Source: an uncultured Rikenellaceae bacterium
GTDB lineage: Bacteria > Bacteroidota > Bacteroidia > Bacteroidales > VadinHA17
Assembly (NCBI GenBank): GCA_964466705.1
Contig: CAYXSM010000002.1
Location: 76,983-140,982, forward strand
Reading direction: 5' to 3'
DNA: 64,000 nucleotides
Part shown: positions 1 through 10,811 of the stretch, in pieces
Layout of the letters: each line of letters begins with the position of its first letter
Position numbering within the stretch: the stretch's first letter is position 1
Program-made: the position numbers and the translations under genes
Notes under the pieces: model-generated
The model's database searches: none
Told to the model about the DNA's origin: nothing
What the model saw: only the letters and a program-made list of their open reading frames with translations

Positions 1-28
1 CAGATCGAATACGGCATTTTTTATCATT

Positions 29-1354
29 TTAAGGATTTTTCATGCTTATAGGCTGTCCCGTAGCTTCAAGCACATTCCACCAGAGCTCTCCTTCAACGTC
101 AATTTTCTTTCTTTTGGCTACAACCACCGGGATTGGCATAAGTGTAAACTGGTTGTTCCAGAAACCAACGACAAAATCAGTTTTACCGGCCAGTGCACCA
201 TGAACGGCGTTTTGCGCCAGCAGGTTGCAAAATTTGCTGTCATTGGCATTTGCCGGTGCGCTGCGAATGATATAACTCGGATCAATGTATTTGATCGAAT
301 GTGGAAATTCCTTTGCATTGAACTCTTCCCTGATCTTTTCCTTAAGATAAACACCTATATCCTTATGTTTGATGTTACCAGAAGCGTCCCTTTCCTGGGA
401 AGTCTGGTCAAACAGATCCTGACCTGCACCTTCAGCGACAACAACTACTGCGTGATGCCTTTCTTCAAGCCTTTTTCTAAGTATTTTAAGAAAGCCTCGT
501 GGCCCGTACAGATCAAAAGATATTTCAGGGACCAGCACAAAGTTCACTTCCTGAATTGCAAGCGCGGCGCTGGCAGCAATAAATCCCGAATCTCTTCCCA
601 TGAGCTTCACGAGGGCAATGCCATTGTTTGCACCATACGCTTCATTATGGGCATTTCTTATTATATCGTTTGCAATTGAAAATGCTGTCTCAAATCCAAA
701 AGATTTTTGTATCAGGTCAATATCATTATCTATTGTTTTAGGGATTCCGGCAACTGAAATCTTTAGATTTCGCTTCTGTATCTCTTCGTGTATCGCATGA
801 GCGCCCCGGAGGGTCCCATCACCACCAATACAAAACAGAATATTGATATTAAGTATTTCAAGGGTATCAACCATCTGTCCTACATCCTGATTACCTCGTG
901 AGGTTCCAAGAAAAGTACCACCTGACAGATGAATGTCGCGTACCATTGAAGCTGTTAATTCAACAACAGGATGATTATATTTCGGAATAAGTCCTTCATA
1001 TCCATATTTGATTCCGAGAATCCTGCTGATGCCATATCTGTAGTGAAGCTGGTTAACTATGCTCCGGATGACATTATTTACTCCGGGGCACAGGCCTCCG
1101 CATGTTACGATGGCTACTTTTGTTTTTGCGGGCTCAAAAAAGATATCCTCTTTAGGTCCGGCTTTTTCGAATGAAACAGGTGTTTCTCCTGATTCCCTGA
1201 TGCGAAGATATTCCTCAACGCTAACATCATATAATATCCTGTCGCTGTCATCAACAAACTTATATACAGGTCTGTCAGGACTCTGTGTTGTTTTTAAAGG
1301 AGATGAGATACTTCCCTTTCCTAAAGAAGAGACAAGAAAATCTTCATACTTCAT
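29..1354 (-). CDS. pfkA: 6-phosphofructokinase, long PfkA-family form, predicted ATP-dependent
   Basis: 441-aa ORF with ATG start. PfkA-family motifs TCGGLCPGVNN, IGGDGT, IPKTIDNDI and KLMGRDSG are present. Gly in the GGDG(T) motif argues for an ATP donor. Confidence 0.85.
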   Translation of the reverse strand: MKYEDFLVSSLGKGSISSPLKTTQSPDRPVYKFVDDSDRILYDVSVEEYLRIRESGETPVSFEKAGPKEDIFFEPAKTKVAIVTCGGLCPGVNNVIRSIVNQLHYRYGISRILGIKYGYEGLIPKYNHPVVELTASMVRDIHLSGGTFLGTSRGNQDVGQMVDTLEILNINILFCIGGDGTLRGAHAIHEEIQKRNLKISVAGIPKTIDNDIDLIQKSFGFETAFSIANDIIRNAHNEAYGANNGIALVKLMGRDSGFIAASAALAIQEVNFVLVPEISFDLYGPRGFLKILRKRLEERHHAVVVVAEGAGQDLFDQTSQERDASGNIKHKDIGVYLKEKIREEFNAKEFPHSIKYIDPSYIIRSAPANANDSKFCNLLAQNAVHGALAGKTDFVVGFWNNQFTLMPIPVVVAKRKKIDVEGELWWNVLEATGQPISMKNP

Positions 1355-1539
1355 TTTTTCAGGGTTTAATAATGAATTTTAATTAAACTGCAGGATTTTA
1401 TGCGGTACAAAATTAGATAATTTTATCATCCATGCAATGAAATACAAGGAGATCATGCATAACAGAAAAGCCATGCCTGATTTATTGACACGGGGAATAA
1501 CAATGAACAGTCAGACGTAAAACTTGCAAATTATACAGT

Positions 1540-1731
1540 TTATATAATCTGCTTGATTCTTCCGACAAGACCATTTGCAAGTTTTACCTTAATTCCGTGT
1601 GGATGTGTCGGGGCTGTTGTAAGAATCTCCATGACCCTTCCCTCTGTCAGCCTGCCGGTGCGTTTATGTTCAGTAAGTTCAACCTTGACATTTAACCCGG
1701 GCTTGACATCAGCTCTGCGTGTTCCTTCCAT
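1540..1731 (-). CDS. YwbE-family small protein (DUF2196)
   Basis: 63 aa from the internal ATG at 1731 (MEGTRRADVKPG...). The HPHGIKVKL...G.VGR pattern is typical of the YwbE family. The ORF-track start at 1761 adds 10 unconserved residues. Confidence 0.6.
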   Translation of the reverse strand: MEGTRRADVKPGLNVKVELTEHKRTGRLTEGRVMEILTTAPTHPHGIKVKLANGLVGRIKQII

Positions 1732-1869
1732 ACTAGCCTTAGAAAATTTTATAGTTAACAATCAGGTTCTATCTTAAAATTGAAATAAAGCTACAATGTT
1801 AACTAATTTTTTAACAGGAAAACATTAAAAAATCCTAATAAAGATAAATTAATTCCAATGGACATCCGG

Positions 1870-2769
1870 TCAGAAAGCACCTTTCATTTTTGTTCTGATT
1901 CTGTATAATCCTTTGCTGGCGGTAATAAAAAGGATTTTATGACCTTTGCCGCCAAAACAAACATTTGCTGTCCAGTTTTCCGGAACAGGAATATTTCCAA
2001 TCTGTTTACCTGTTTTATCAAATACTGTAACCCCTTTGCCTGTCAGATACAGATTTCCCTTTTTGTCAGTTGTCATCCCGTCTGATCCCATTTCACAGAA
2101 CAGCTTTTTATTACTCAGGGTGCCATCTTCATTCAGTGTGTACGACCAGGTCTTCCGTCCTCCAATATCCGCAACATAAAGGATCTTGCCGTCGAACGAA
2201 CCAACAATACCGTTAGGCTGTACCAGATCATCTGCAACACGCTTAAGGGTCTTTCCGTCAGCACTCAAAAAGTAAACACACTGTTTTTCCTGTGGCATTT
2301 CAGAATGAGTCCACCAGGATCTTTTGTAAAAAGGATCAGTAAAATACACGTTCCCGCTTTTTGATATCCACAAATCATTCGGGCCATTGTACAGATTTCC
2401 ATCGAATTCTCCGGAGATTACGGTAACCTCCTTGTCGGGACTGATCTTCCATAATTCATTTTTTTCGTCCGCACATGACCAGAGATTCCCGTGTGCATCA
2501 AAATATAGACCATTTGATCGTCCTGAAGGTTGCATAAATGTTGACAACTCATCTTTTATGCTCCAGATCATTATCCTGTCATTGGGCTGATCGGTAAAAT
2601 AAACATTTCCCGCAGCATCTGAGGCCGGACCTTCTGTAAATACAAAATCACCGGAAAGCTTTTCCAGTTGTGCTCCGGATTTAAGTACTGATAAAAGTTC
2701 ATCTGTCTGACCATTAGTTTTTTGTAAAAAAACAAAAAATAAAATAAACGGAAAGCATTTGATTTTCAT
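1870..2769 (-). CDS. SMP-30/gluconolactonase/LRE-family beta-propeller protein, secreted
   Basis: FTEGPA...GNVYFTDQPNDRI and repeated GN.YFTD / GNLYLT blades. Signal peptide MKIKCFPFILFFVFLQKTNGQ from the ATG at 2769. Confidence 0.75.
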   Translation of the reverse strand: MKIKCFPFILFFVFLQKTNGQTDELLSVLKSGAQLEKLSGDFVFTEGPASDAAGNVYFTDQPNDRIMIWSIKDELSTFMQPSGRSNGLYFDAHGNLWSCADEKNELWKISPDKEVTVISGEFDGNLYNGPNDLWISKSGNVYFTDPFYKRSWWTHSEMPQEKQCVYFLSADGKTLKRVADDLVQPNGIVGSFDGKILYVADIGGRKTWSYTLNEDGTLSNKKLFCEMGSDGMTTDKKGNLYLTGKGVTVFDKTGKQIGNIPVPENWTANVCFGGKGHKILFITASKGLYRIRTKMKGAF

Positions 2770-2987
2770 GTCTGAAGTATTTAAAATAAATATTTGCAAT
2801 CCCTGGACAAGACACCAGCTCTGGTAGAAACATAGGAGACGGACAAACAGTCTTCAAGAGTACATTCAACCCGGTTAAAGCTGTTCATTATGTCCTCAGT
2901 CTTCGGTTTACTGTATTTACTTTTATCAAGCTCACTGACAAAATAATATTCAAGGAAGGATTTCAAGAAGAGCCGGTCAACATAAAA

Positions 2988-3899
2988 CTAAGCTTTGTTT
3001 ATAATCTTCATTCTGTTAATATAATCATCTATCTGTCCGGTATTTTCAAATCCGATGATGATCATGTCAACAGTGCCAAGATCAAGGACATATTTGAGAG
3101 ATCTGTTAATCTTTTCCGGGTCATTATTGAATTTACCGCCCCCCACTAATTTCATGCCTATTACACCTTTGCCGTCTTTGTGCATTTTGTCGATTACAGG
3201 CAAAACAAGGGCCGGATCCTTTTTATCCATATTTTCGCCATAAGGATTTATGCGTACATGTATAACATCAACCCACTGACTGGTTGCCGCAGCCTCAAGT
3301 GCCTCAAAAGAATGAACAGAGACTCCGTGAGCAAGGATGATATTTTTTGCTTTCAGGTCCTCAAGGTCATCCATGAACTTTTTATGTTCATCTGTCCAGC
3401 CTCCGCTTATCATACAATGGATCTGAACCAGGTCAATATAATCAGTGTTCAGTTCCCTGCGGAAGCGATCGATCACTTTTGTTGCTTCTCCTTTCTCATT
3501 TTCCGGCACTCCTCCCGGAGTGATCCACATTTTCGTCCCGATGGTGTAATTCTCCCTTGGTATTCCTTTGAGTGCTGCACCTGTAAAAGGATTTGTGCCA
3601 TAACTGTCGGCACAGTCAAAAAAGCGTATTCCCTTTTCATACGCCTGACGTATTATTGTTTCAGCAATACCCGACCGGGTAATGCTTGACGTACGGTTAT
3701 AACCATTGTAACCTGTTCCCATACCAAGAAGGGTAGTTTGTATACCAGTCTTGCCAAGGGTTACTTTTTTAAAGGGATCAACCGCCTTCATTGCAGGAGA
3801 CGGTTCGGCGCCATTTATTACATTGCCTAAGAGCATTGTTCCGGCTCCGGCAGTCATTGTTGCCATAAATTGTCTTCGGGTCAGATTCTTGGTTCCCAT
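2988..3899 (-). CDS. aldo/keto reductase with twin-arginine (Tat) signal peptide
   Basis: N-terminal TRRQFMATMTAGAG Tat motif. The AKR core has GIRFFDCADSYG and later conserved blocks. Confidence 0.8.
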   Translation of the reverse strand: MGTKNLTRRQFMATMTAGAGTMLLGNVINGAEPSPAMKAVDPFKKVTLGKTGIQTTLLGMGTGYNGYNRTSSITRSGIAETIIRQAYEKGIRFFDCADSYGTNPFTGAALKGIPRENYTIGTKMWITPGGVPENEKGEATKVIDRFRRELNTDYIDLVQIHCMISGGWTDEHKKFMDDLEDLKAKNIILAHGVSVHSFEALEAAATSQWVDVIHVRINPYGENMDKKDPALVLPVIDKMHKDGKGVIGMKLVGGGKFNNDPEKINRSLKYVLDLGTVDMIIIGFENTGQIDDYINRMKIINKA

Positions 3900-4025
3900 T
3901 TTTGGTTTGTCGTTTAACGGATTAGAAAATTAAACATTTAACAAAGAAAAGAGTTTTTATGTTCAAAATTATGCAAGCCTGACAATTATGACCTGCTTAT
4001 TAATAACGGCCGGGATTTATATATT

Positions 4026-4430
4026 TTAAAGATCAAGTTTTTTAATTATTTCTTCGGGGAATACAGGGCGTCCGTTTTGTATTGCGGCACCGGTTATTCT
4101 GCCGCTTACAACAAGCTTTTCATCAGGGATTTTTATTATATCCTGCAGAAATAACAGCCTTATATTTCCCTGGCGCTGAATCCGGGTTCTTATAAAGAAC
4201 CGGTCAAGGCTTCTCAAAGGGTGCTTGTATTCAATTTCAGCTTTGGTGACTATTAAATCTAACCCTTCATAATGAAGCTGAATGAAATTTATACCCTTTG
4301 AGACCAGGAATTCATGACGTGCGTGCTCCAGGTAATGAAGGTAATTTGCATTATTGACGACGCCTTGTATATCACATTCATAATCCCTTACAATAAACTC
4401 CGAACTATTGTAAGTCAGGGTTTTGTTCAT
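4026..4430 (-). CDS. acyl-CoA thioesterase, 4HBT/YbgC hotdog family
   Basis: 134 aa. N-terminal VRDYECDIQGVVNNANYLHYLEHAR matches the YbgC/4HBT catalytic-Asp region. Confidence 0.75.
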   Translation of the reverse strand: MNKTLTYNSSEFIVRDYECDIQGVVNNANYLHYLEHARHEFLVSKGINFIQLHYEGLDLIVTKAEIEYKHPLRSLDRFFIRTRIQRQGNIRLLFLQDIIKIPDEKLVVSGRITGAAIQNGRPVFPEEIIKKLDL

Positions 4431-4524
4431 AGGCTGAGATTTATCCTGAAGTAATATTTGATCCGGAACTTATCATTATTGTAAAACAACTGTATTATAT
4501 AATAAAAAGCTGCCGTCATCTTTA

Positions 4525-7500
4525 TTAGTTATCATAGTTACTTACAACAAAAAATTTCGATTCATAGGGTTTAATTATATTGCTGTTCACTCCTGCAGGC
4601 TTACCTGTAGCGTCGGCTTCACTTATAACCAACGGCTTTTCGGTTATACAATTTACAAGAGCTATATCAGTTTCCAGGCCGTCTGTTTCCCTTATATGGA
4701 GAAGCACGTTTCCCTCTGACTCCAACGGCCTTGCAGTTACAATGATAATATTTTCCGGCCAGCCCCTGATAAAGGACCCTTCACTGTTGTTATCACCTTT
4801 TCCTCCACCCGGAATGATTCTTGTAAGATACGGTACCCTTGACCCCCAGCCGAATTTTGTGGAAAAGCCATTTGAAATATTGTCAGAGGTGGTCAGATAA
4901 TATGTCCAGGCATGTCCACCTCTCTGATCGGCATTGAAATTAGTAACCCAGTAGTTATTCATGGGCCAGGAAAAAATATGCGGTCCCTGCGGCAAGGCTC
5001 CGGCCTTATACCTTCCGGTATTTATGGCGCCGAACTGCATCAGGGGCATTTCTCCGCAACCTATTACAAGCTGGGTGGATGAATTCCTTAACGACGTAAA
5101 ATTCTGCACCGTATACCAGTCGTTTGAGGAACCTATTATCTGGTCCTTACCTGTTTCAATAACCCCGCCCTGCACTTCTGTAAAATGCCTGCTGCCGTCC
5201 AATGCAAACGGGAAAGCAATATAAAAGCTTTCAGGATTTATTATGCTTTTCTTGTTGATAGAACATGCAACCTCAATACGTTTTTCGGTATTGTACAGCC
5301 GGTATTCTATGGTAAATCCTTTCGGGGCAATTGCGGTTGCAGATTCGCCCGCAAATTTAACGCTCCTGAAAACGGGTCCTGAAGTTACTGATTCCAGCCA
5401 AACGGTATCAAGGGGCATTCTTCTGTAATCATCAAGTTTCCTGGCTTCCATCTGGGCTCTGTTACCGAGCTCTTCGAGAATAAATTCTCCCATACCATAA
5501 CCAGATTCCCGGTCCACCAGCTCAATTAAAAGTTCTTTGTCGAAACATGAACTTATGGTCCCTTTTGAAAGGTTGAACGCAATTCTGTACCAATTATTTT
5601 CAAGGACTGAACCATATTCTTCAGGATTTATTGGAGCATCTTCTGCAGCCAGCGATCTTATCAGATACTTTTTGTATCCGAATGGAGGAATATCATCAAA
5701 CCAGACAGCCCAGTAAGTCCCGTCAGCCCTGTGAGATACTGCCTGAACCGCCAGGCGTTTTCCGTCCGTTTCATATATGCCGGCTGTCGTGCCATACGGA
5801 ACTATCTGATGGTCAATATAGAGCGTCGCCAGTCCCGATCGTTGCCAGTTCAAAGTATTGAAAACAATAAGTGAAGGCTCTTTTTCTGCATGGAACAATC
5901 CCTGCAAAAGACCCATTGCCTCCTCTCCAAGAGATGCAACACGGCGGTTGGCTTCCCAGGCATAAGATTCCTTGAGGGCTCTCATCTCCATGGTTGGAAG
6001 ACTGAAGGGCTCTCTAACACTTTCTGAATATCCTGTTGTATGTTCAGTATAGAATAATAGGGCATTATCGGCCAGGGCTATTTTATCTCTGGTTTTTTCC
6101 GGCATTTCAATGCCGGCAATTGCAGCCATGGAAAAGGCTCCAGTATTTGCCATCAGAGAGGCAGAAGCTCTGCGGGCAGTGGCTGTTTCCCTTGCGCCAG
6201 CCCCGAAACCATCGGTCCACCAGTCGGGCCACGCTCCTCTGATAACAGGAAATTCAGACCCGTAAGATTTTTCCATTCTGGCAAAGAAAGCTTCAGCTGT
6301 GGAAGTTGAAATTTTTGGCCATTCAAAAATCTCATTCCATTTTTTGATCATGTCACTGGCAATCGTGGAAGGGGGTGAATTGTCGGTAAGATATCCCGAA
6401 TGCTGTATGGCGATATCATCATATTTGTAACCAAGTTTTTCAAGACCGTCCAGATAAGTAAGGAGATTATTCTTGAACTTTTCAATATCTCCGGATTGTA
6501 TTTCGAAAACAGTATTTCCTGTCATATAATGTTCTGCCCTGAAGGTAAGCAGCCTTTTTCCTGAAGGGGATTCCCACCAGAACATTGTAGGTTTATCGAA
6601 ACAAATGAGTGCACGGTGACCATGAGTACCCATGTTCAAATACTTAATCCCCAGCTGATTAAAATAGTCATTAAAACACCACCCAATGCCATTGACATCA
6701 TTTTGCATGGCAAGCCTGACAGGAATTCCCTTTGATTTAATTCTGCCAAGAGCGTCAAGAGAAGCCGCGAGGATCTGCTCATCAGGAATTTCATCGAAAT
6801 TAAGATACATGCCCGCAACCTCAATCCTGCCCTCCCTGATTCTTTTGAGAAGTCTTTCGACCTGAGGAGCAGGACGACATTTGAGGTATTCATCAACCGG
6901 CCAAGCAACTTCGCATGTCCAACGAAAACGTGCATTATCAGGATAATCATCCGTGGCATCACAATAGTCGAGGGCATAATCAATATACCGAATATGTTCG
7001 GCCAGAATCTTGGTCTGGGAACGTGTATAACCGATATCAGTGTGGGAGTGCTGTATGAGGTCCACTTTCCATTTTCTTACTGGCATGAGATTAACCATGG
7101 CAGTTGCATTAAAATCGCCGGCAATTACTTTGATCCTGGTGTTTACAGCCCTTTTGACCTGAGGCAGTCCGATATTTACTGCATTATAACCAAATTTCAG
7201 AGGCGTGGATGCTACAAGTTTATTATCTGCATAAATCCTGGCATCAGCCTCTTTGCCAAAGTAGAATAGTGCAGCCTCAACAAGCTGCAGAAGCTCGCCT
7301 TCTTTTTTAATAACAGCCGGAAAAGGATTCAGGGTAACACCTGTTTTCACAGGCTTTTTAAAGGTCATATACCAGGATGGTAATCTTGTCTTGCTTCCTT
7401 TAATACATATTCTAAGGGATTTGCCGGGTGAGATCTTTTCCGATGGTATTCGCAGTATCATATATCCATGCTGGTCGCCATGCTGATCGGTCATTATTGA

Positions 7501-7908
7501 ATGAAAGCTGAGAGATGATCCGTCAGGTCCGTTTAGCCGCCAGGAGGGTCGGCCGTCAGTAATGAATCTGAAACTGTGATCAAGGTCTGTTTTAAGCTCC
7601 ATCAATGCATGGCCCGGGCTTGAACCAAGGGCTGAGATCCAGATGAATGCAGAATACTTTTTGTTTGTTTTTACCATTGCAGGCTCTGTTTCCCAAACCA
7701 TACTGTCGTTTCCATTTTCTGCTCTTATGAGAATGCTTTCACGTAATCCGGGAATACAGGAATGGTAATTGAAATCCATACCGGAAATCTTTGACGAAAA
7801 ACCATTAACAAGCTCATCATCAGAATTAATGAATGACTGACTTCTGAGAGTTGTCAGAGAAACAAAAGCCATTCCCATAAGTATCAAAAGGATTTTTTTC
7901 ATTTTCAT
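4525..7908 (-). CDS. glycoside hydrolase family 38 (alpha-mannosidase-like), secreted
   Basis: 1127 aa. Signal peptide MKMKKILLILMGMAFVSLTTLRSQ. HSHTDIGYT metal-binding motif at the start of the GH38 N-domain. Size and layout fit Bacteroidota GH38 enzymes. Confidence 0.7.
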   Translation of the reverse strand: MKMKKILLILMGMAFVSLTTLRSQSFINSDDELVNGFSSKISGMDFNYHSCIPGLRESILIRAENGNDSMVWETEPAMVKTNKKYSAFIWISALGSSPGHALMELKTDLDHSFRFITDGRPSWRLNGPDGSSLSFHSIMTDQHGDQHGYMILRIPSEKISPGKSLRICIKGSKTRLPSWYMTFKKPVKTGVTLNPFPAVIKKEGELLQLVEAALFYFGKEADARIYADNKLVASTPLKFGYNAVNIGLPQVKRAVNTRIKVIAGDFNATAMVNLMPVRKWKVDLIQHSHTDIGYTRSQTKILAEHIRYIDYALDYCDATDDYPDNARFRWTCEVAWPVDEYLKCRPAPQVERLLKRIREGRIEVAGMYLNFDEIPDEQILAASLDALGRIKSKGIPVRLAMQNDVNGIGWCFNDYFNQLGIKYLNMGTHGHRALICFDKPTMFWWESPSGKRLLTFRAEHYMTGNTVFEIQSGDIEKFKNNLLTYLDGLEKLGYKYDDIAIQHSGYLTDNSPPSTIASDMIKKWNEIFEWPKISTSTAEAFFARMEKSYGSEFPVIRGAWPDWWTDGFGAGARETATARRASASLMANTGAFSMAAIAGIEMPEKTRDKIALADNALLFYTEHTTGYSESVREPFSLPTMEMRALKESYAWEANRRVASLGEEAMGLLQGLFHAEKEPSLIVFNTLNWQRSGLATLYIDHQIVPYGTTAGIYETDGKRLAVQAVSHRADGTYWAVWFDDIPPFGYKKYLIRSLAAEDAPINPEEYGSVLENNWYRIAFNLSKGTISSCFDKELLIELVDRESGYGMGEFILEELGNRAQMEARKLDDYRRMPLDTVWLESVTSGPVFRSVKFAGESATAIAPKGFTIEYRLYNTEKRIEVACSINKKSIINPESFYIAFPFALDGSRHFTEVQGGVIETGKDQIIGSSNDWYTVQNFTSLRNSSTQLVIGCGEMPLMQFGAINTGRYKAGALPQGPHIFSWPMNNYWVTNFNADQRGGHAWTYYLTTSDNISNGFSTKFGWGSRVPYLTRIIPGGGKGDNNSEGSFIRGWPENIIIVTARPLESEGNVLLHIRETDGLETDIALVNCITEKPLVISEADATGKPAGVNSNIIKPYESKFFVVSNYDN

Positions 7909-7964
7909 GATTTATAAAGTGTCGTAAAGATAAAATGCCCCGGGAAACCTTAGGGGAATCATGC

Positions 7965-8414
7965 TTACCTGGGGTAACGTCTGAAAAACTTTTTCACCGC
8001 AGCATGAAATTTATGAATGCTGCTGGGTTTGTAGTACATCAAAATACACTCCCCGGTAATATAGTTGATACCTGTACCTTCAAGTTCTTTCAACGACTCC
8101 CTGCTGTCAGACATTTGCTGGATCCATACATTTTTTATGCCTTTTTCTTTTGCCTGCTTTATTACATCGTCAGTCTGGTTTTTACGTGTCATAATAATCA
8201 GACCACCAACATCATCAGGAAGGCTCCTTATATCGTGAAACACTTTTGAACCGTTGATTTCATCTGCATGAGGATTTACAGGAATAATGTTCATTCCTTT
8301 CTCTTTAAGCTCTTTGAAAGCGGCATATCCGAATTTTCTGGGGTTACGTGATACTCCTGCAATTGCGATAGGTTCAGATGCAAGAAATTGCTCAATTTGT
8401 TTTAAGGTTGTCAT
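7965..8414 (-). CDS. CoA-binding domain protein (YccU/YneT-like)
   Basis: IAIAGVSRNPRKFGY Rossmann-like CoA-binding N-terminus. About 150 aa. ATG at 8414; an alternative ATG at 8429 adds 5 aa. Confidence 0.7.
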   Translation of the reverse strand: MTTLKQIEQFLASEPIAIAGVSRNPRKFGYAAFKELKEKGMNIIPVNPHADEINGSKVFHDIRSLPDDVGGLIIMTRKNQTDDVIKQAKEKGIKNVWIQQMSDSRESLKELEGTGINYITGECILMYYKPSSIHKFHAAVKKFFRRYPR

Positions 8415-8622
8415 AGGACTTATATACATTAATTAAAATATTGAAAATTAGACGGGCGCTGGAATTCATATAAATTACTTACTTAAAATTATATCAAAAT
8501 TATCAAAATATTTTATTTTCTGAATTTTACCTGTTAAAGCAGGCTATATTCAAAATTTAGTTATATTCCCGGCCGGTTAACCATTATTGTTCTGATCGTT
8601 ATTACAAATTAAAACCTCTGTT

Positions 8623-9777
8623 ATGAGTTTTCACATTATTCTGATGATCCTCTTTTTTCTTATTATGCCTGTTGTGATAATAGTCCTGGAAGCGAAATAC
8701 ACATTGGTAAAAAAAGCCGGCAGCGTGCTTATTTGCTATGTACTTGGAGCTTTTGTAGGCAACATCGGGCTTTTGCCCGAGGGGGCATACAAGTATCAGG
8801 ATCTTTTTACACAGCTTACAGTTCCCCTTGCCCTGCCACTGATACTGTTTTCGATGGATGTCAAAAAATGGTTAAAAATGGCTGGTTCGGCCATAAGTTC
8901 TCTCATCCTTGGATTGTTCACGGTAGTTTTCATGATATTTATTGGTTACTGGATATTCAGGGACAGCATACCGGAAATATGGAAGGTATCGGGAATGCTC
9001 ACCGGCATATATACAGGGGGAACACCCAATATGGCTGCGATCAAGGCTGCCCTTGATGTCAACACTGAAGTATACCTCATGACTCATACATATGAGGTCG
9101 CGCTTGGGGCATTGTATCTTATCTTTATTATGTCAATAGGCCAGAGAGTATTCCTTTTGTGGCTGCGTCCGTTCAAGCTGCCCGAAACAGGCAAATTTGA
9201 ATATACTGATGGTGATCTGGAACAAAAATATGAATCATATGATGGGATATTCAAAAAGAAAACATTCTTTCCCGTACTCGGAGCATTCGGATTATCTGTT
9301 CTGATCTTCGCGGTAAGCTACGGTTTAAGCCGCCTTTTCCCGGAAAGCTTTTCCACTGCAGCAATAATTCTGCTTATTACCACATTCGGGATCGCGTTTT
9401 CATTTGTACCCAGAGTAAAGAATATTGAAAAGACATTTCAGTCGGGAATGTACATAATACTCATCTTTTGTCTCGTAGTGTCTTCTATGGCTGATGTGCG
9501 TAAACTGGTTGACATCTCTTTTAACCTTTTCTGGTATGTCGGTCTGGCAATGTTCGGATCTCATTTACTTCATGCTCTTCTGGCGAGGTTTTTCAGGATT
9601 GATGCTGACACTGTTATAATATCAGGAAGTGCATTGATCTGTTCACCACCCTTTGTACCGGTCGTTGCCGGTGCCCTGAGAAACAGGGAGGTTATTCTGA
9701 CAGGTCTTATCGTGGGTATTGCAGGCTACGCAGTTGGCAATTATCTTGGTATCATAATTGCATATTCTCTTAAGTGA
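8623..9777 (+). CDS. DUF819-family polytopic membrane protein
   Basis: 384 aa with about 10-12 hydrophobic helices. The overall pattern is consistent with DUF819 integral membrane proteins. Family assignment is from memory only. Confidence 0.5.
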   Translation: MSFHIILMILFFLIMPVVIIVLEAKYTLVKKAGSVLICYVLGAFVGNIGLLPEGAYKYQDLFTQLTVPLALPLILFSMDVKKWLKMAGSAISSLILGLFTVVFMIFIGYWIFRDSIPEIWKVSGMLTGIYTGGTPNMAAIKAALDVNTEVYLMTHTYEVALGALYLIFIMSIGQRVFLLWLRPFKLPETGKFEYTDGDLEQKYESYDGIFKKKTFFPVLGAFGLSVLIFAVSYGLSRLFPESFSTAAIILLITTFGIAFSFVPRVKNIEKTFQSGMYIILIFCLVVSSMADVRKLVDISFNLFWYVGLAMFGSHLLHALLARFFRIDADTVIISGSALICSPPFVPVVAGALRNREVILTGLIVGIAGYAVGNYLGIIIAYSLK

Positions 9778-9825
9778 CCAGTAATGTGCACGGAAACACG
9801 AAAACCCCTTACCATGACGGCCGGG

Positions 9826-10800
9826 TCACTTATTCCTTGAGATAGTGTAATTAACAAACTCTTTTAATGAGTTCCTGACGTCGGAATCAGGGTAAGAATC
9901 TAATATCGCGAAAGCTTTATCAGCGTACTGATTCATTTTTATCTCAGCATATTCCATCCCCCCGTGATCTGCAACGAACCTGACAACCTCACTGATCTCT
10001 TTCCGGGATTTCTTCTTATTCCTTACGATCCCCAGCACGTGTCTTTTTTCAGGAGCTGATGAATTTTCCAGTGCATGAATTAACGGAAGAGTTATCTTCC
10101 TTTCCTTGATATCATTACCTGCAGCCTTACCCGTAAGTCCGTTGGATTCATAATCAAGTAAGTCGTCCCGTATCTGGAAAGCCATACCAATATTTTCTCC
10201 GAGGTCCTTCATGAGTTGTATGGTATCACTGTCATCAGTCACTGACTTTGCTCCACAGGCAGTACATGCTGCAAGTAAGGCTGCTGTTTTACAGCTTATT
10301 ATCCTGAAATAATCTGATTCGTTAATATTGAGTTTCCTGGCCTTCTGAAGTTGAAGCAATTCTCCTTCGCTCATGGATTTAACAGCTTCGGAAACAATTT
10401 CGAGCATATCGTAACGATTCTTTTCAATGCTTATAAGCAGGCCTCTGGCTAACATGTAATCACCGACAAGAACGGCAATCTTGGAATTCCACAGGGCATT
10501 TATTGAGAGTGCTCCGCGACGCTCGCTGGCATCATCAACAACGTCATCGTGAACAAGCGAGGCTGTATGAAGCAGTTCGATAAAAGTGGCCGCAATGTAC
10601 GTAGGTTCTTGTATTTCTCCGTTGAGTCTGGCAGTAAGAAATACCAGCAACGGTCTCATTTGTTTTCCCTTTCGCCTGAAAATGTAATTAAGGATTATCT
10701 TTAACAAGGGTATTTCACTTCTCATAATCTTTCCGAAATAAGCTTCAAACTGAGCCATTTCTGCTTTTACGGGCACTCTGATTTCGGAGAGATCAGCCAT
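9826..10800 (-). CDS. ispB: polyprenyl diphosphate synthase (trans-IPPS, IspB-like)
   Basis: First and second Asp-rich motifs LVHDDVVDD and FQIRDDLLD at canonical spacing. 324 aa. Confidence 0.85.
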   Translation of the reverse strand: MADLSEIRVPVKAEMAQFEAYFGKIMRSEIPLLKIILNYIFRRKGKQMRPLLVFLTARLNGEIQEPTYIAATFIELLHTASLVHDDVVDDASERRGALSINALWNSKIAVLVGDYMLARGLLISIEKNRYDMLEIVSEAVKSMSEGELLQLQKARKLNINESDYFRIISCKTAALLAACTACGAKSVTDDSDTIQLMKDLGENIGMAFQIRDDLLDYESNGLTGKAAGNDIKERKITLPLIHALENSSAPEKRHVLGIVRNKKKSRKEISEVVRFVADHGGMEYAEIKMNQYADKAFAILDSYPDSDVRNSLKEFVNYTISRNK

Positions 10801-10811
10801 CTGTTAATAGA

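Noticed and set aside
2781-2966. 61-aa minus-strand ORF between the AKR and the SMP-30 gene
   Set aside because: It overlaps the corrected SMP-30 5' region only through a non-conserved extension. It has no signal, no motifs and an odd composition. It is probably promoter-region noise.
3180-3689. 169-aa plus-strand ORF
   Set aside because: It is antisense within the aldo/keto reductase gene and has no recognisable motifs.
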